Virus record (IMG/VR): IMGVR_UViG_3300048917_000027
Span: 1-64,000 of that record
From: a virus
Direction: 5' to 3' (one strand)
DNA: 64,000 bases
Shown: one piece after another, positions 62,726 to 64,000 of the stretch
Position numbering within the stretch: the stretch's first letter is position 1
How the letters are laid out: each line of letters opens with the position of its first letter
Position numbers and translations under genes: made by a program
Notes under the pieces: model-generated
The model's database searches: none
What the model saw: the letters and a program-made list of their open reading frames with translations, nothing else
What the model was told of the DNA's origin: nothing

Positions 62726-63169
62726 ATGAAAACTACCGATATCAAAAGATTTTGGACGAAGGTAAATGTCCGTAAAGAGAGCGACTGTTGGGAATGGAAA
62801 ACAGGGTTCTTTGATACAGGATATGGAGCCTTCTTCCTGGAAGGGCAGAACCGAGGAGCCCATAGAGTTTCACTAGAAATTCATCTCGGCAGAAAGCTTG
62901 ACTCAGATGAGTTTGCGTGTCATACTTGTGATAATCCGAAATGTGTGAATCCGAAGCATTTGTTCGTTGGAACACACGAAGATAATCTAAAAGATATGGC
63001 GGCGAAGAAGCGAGGCAGGAACCAGTATACTGGTCGGGAAGCTTGCTCTAAGGGTCACAAATATACCGAAGGAAGTTTTCGAGTCTCCATTAGAAAAAAT
63101 GGAACTAAAGAAACTGTTTGTAGGGAGTGTGAGAAGGCACGTGGGGAAAGATACAGCAAACGAAAGTAG
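62726..63169 (+). CDS. HNH homing endonuclease
   Basis: FWTKVNVRKESDCWEWK...GYGAF...AHRVSLEIHLG...CHTCDNPKCVNPKHLFVGTHEDN is an HNH_3-type pattern. Confidence 0.8.
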   Translation: MKTTDIKRFWTKVNVRKESDCWEWKTGFFDTGYGAFFLEGQNRGAHRVSLEIHLGRKLDSDEFACHTCDNPKCVNPKHLFVGTHEDNLKDMAAKKRGRNQYTGREACSKGHKYTEGSFRVSIRKNGTKETVCRECEKARGERYSKRK

Positions 63170-63686
63170 AGTTCTTCTTCGTACCATCCATGGCTCTCAT
63201 CTATATGGCCTCGCTCATGCAGGGTCTGACAAGGACATTTACGAAGTAATTGCCACTAAGCGGACTGCGCGTAAGCGAAATATTAAGCAGACCATTGCCA
63301 ATGGGGTTGACAAGACTGTAGTCGATATGTCAACCTTTATGCATATGGTTGATGAATGTGTACCTCAAGCACTTGAAGCGCTATGGACGCCGGTTGCGGA
63401 CGTTGATGAAATTAACGCCTTCCGGACACAATATCGAGTGAATCGCGCCAAGATGAAGGATGTATATATTCGAACCGCTCTGAACTTTGCTAAGCATGAT
63501 GATGTAAAGCGTAGGCGACATGCACTACGCTTGCTTCTCAATCTTGGTTCAGCTTTGGAATACGGTACATTCAATCCCCGACTCTCAACCATGGATAAGT
63601 TTATTATAAACTCCACTATGGGAGAGACGGGAGCTTATGAAGACGTCTTCGTAGGCATCATTGATGAAGTACAAAAGTGGGTCTAA
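63141..63686 (+). CDS. RlaP-type (PF10127-like) pol-beta superfamily nucleotidyltransferase; start uncertain
   Basis: LLRTIHGSHLYGLAHAGSDKDIYEV matches the GSxxYGxxxxxSDxD signature of RNA-ligase-associated nucleotidyltransferases. GTG 63141 was chosen; ATG 63099 lies deep inside the HNH gene. Confidence 0.65.
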   Translation: MGKDTANESRVLLRTIHGSHLYGLAHAGSDKDIYEVIATKRTARKRNIKQTIANGVDKTVVDMSTFMHMVDECVPQALEALWTPVADVDEINAFRTQYRVNRAKMKDVYIRTALNFAKHDDVKRRRHALRLLLNLGSALEYGTFNPRLSTMDKFIINSTMGETGAYEDVFVGIIDEVQKWV

Positions 63687-63700
63687 ACGGCTCACGCCAA

Positions 63701-63778
63701 TGGAGTGTATCCCCTCTCCCTGATAAGGAGTTGAAAGGGTAGCCTGGTACCACGTGGGTTCAAATCCCACCTCTCCAA
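63701..63778 (+). ncRNA. tRNA-like element (canonical T arm and acceptor, aberrant D/variable region)
   Basis: TGGAGTG/CTCTCCA acceptor (6 of 7 bp), GTGGG-TTCAAAT-CCCAC T arm and a CTCC-CTGATAA-GGAG hairpin with a GAU-type loop. No D arm could be drawn and there is a 22-nt stretch before the T arm. Confidence 0.35.
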
Positions 63779-63817
63779 CTTGGCCTCAATGGTGAGGCAT
63801 CACAGAAAACAAATAAC

Positions 63818-64000
63818 ATGGTAGATTTCGATAAGAAGCACTCCACGGAACTTGTTAAACACCCTGACGCAGACCTGGTTGATACCAGGTCTTTTCGGTC
63901 TTCCGAACGGGGTGTATTTTCGCATGTCATAAAGGGTGCCAAGATTACTACTCATGCCATTCTGGACTGGGTTTACCTGAATGAATATAAGGAAGAAATA
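63818..64000 (+). CDS. hypothetical protein, N-terminal fragment (open at the window end)
   Basis: ATG 63818 gives MVDFDKKHSTELVKHPDADLVDTRSFRSSERGVFSHVIKGAKITTHAILDWVYLNEYKEEI with no stop before 64000. Confidence 0.4.
   Translation, partial: MVDFDKKHSTELVKHPDADLVDTRSFRSSERGVFSHVIKGAKITTHAILDWVYLNEYKEEI

Noticed and set aside
62468-62863. Minus-strand ORFs 62468..62650 and 62669..62863
   Set aside because: They overlap the canonical tRNA-Pro gene, the non-coding spacer and the HNH gene start. No coding signals are present.
63701-63778. attP core or tmRNA
   Set aside because: No integrase or excisionase is recognisable in the window, and the element has its own 5' acceptor strand. It is far too short and has no tag ORF for a tmRNA. 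It is kept only as a tRNA-like element of uncertain status.
1-64000. CRISPR array, rRNA, integrase/lysogeny module, transposase
   Set aside because: I saw no regularly spaced direct repeats with unique spacers, no rRNA-like conserved stretches and no recombinase motifs in any listed ORF. This is limited to visual inspection of the window.

Overview
The window is about 64 kb of a large tailed dsDNA phage with siphovirus-type gene order. No cellular housekeeping genes are present. All functional calls rest on motif reading of the supplied translations and on my own reading of the DNA; no database search was possible.

Layout:
- 1-6155, leftward block. It encodes a NUDIX hydrolase, a DUF2637-like membrane/HTH protein, a Dps-like ferritin, a cytidylyltransferase, two glycosyltransferases, a membrane-anchored HNH nuclease and a secreted SLT/Apf-like peptidoglycan hydrolase.
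- 6156-6515, divergent control region. It holds back-to-back sigma70-like promoters and a leader with terminator/antiterminator alternative folds.
- 6516-43280, rightward block. It encodes a GT-B glycosyltransferase, class II RNR, amidase endolysin and LamG protein. These are followed by portal, membrane protein, protease-scaffold, HK97-like capsid, collagen-like and LamG fibre proteins, connectors and major tail protein. Then come the chaperone pair, a 2097-aa tape measure with two peptidoglycan-hydrolase domains, tail tip proteins, a 2005-aa fibre, an HNH, a metallophosphoesterase and the holin.
- 43290-57073, replication/recombination module. It encodes DnaB-like helicase, DnaG-like primase, gp32-like SSB, DnaE-type polymerase, MazG, RecA-like protein, Cas4-like nuclease, RuvC-like resolvase, a DUF1273/YpsA SLOG protein and a NadR-like kinase.
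- 57098-60981: small and large terminase, HNH and a vWA protein.
- 61085-63778, tRNA island. It contains Gly, Gln, Trp and two Pro tRNAs, a truncated tRNA-Gly and a tRNA-like element, interleaved with two HNH genes and followed by an RlaP-type nucleotidyltransferase.

The r1t-type holin, DUF2637, Apf/SLT domain, tape-measure hydrolase motifs, extended -10 promoters and apparent leaderless starts suggest a mid-GC Actinomycetota host. That host assignment is inference only.

The observations most worth follow-up are:
- a TGTC/GACA repeat array at 973-1366 whose 10-mer core occurs in all three reading frames;
- the attenuator-like leader at 6305-6431;
- -10 hexamers placed 5-6 nt before the ATG at eight genes;
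- the tRNA/HNH/RlaP island with its long structured spacers;
- a four-enzyme glycan-modification cassette;
- an HNH nuclease with a C-terminal membrane anchor.
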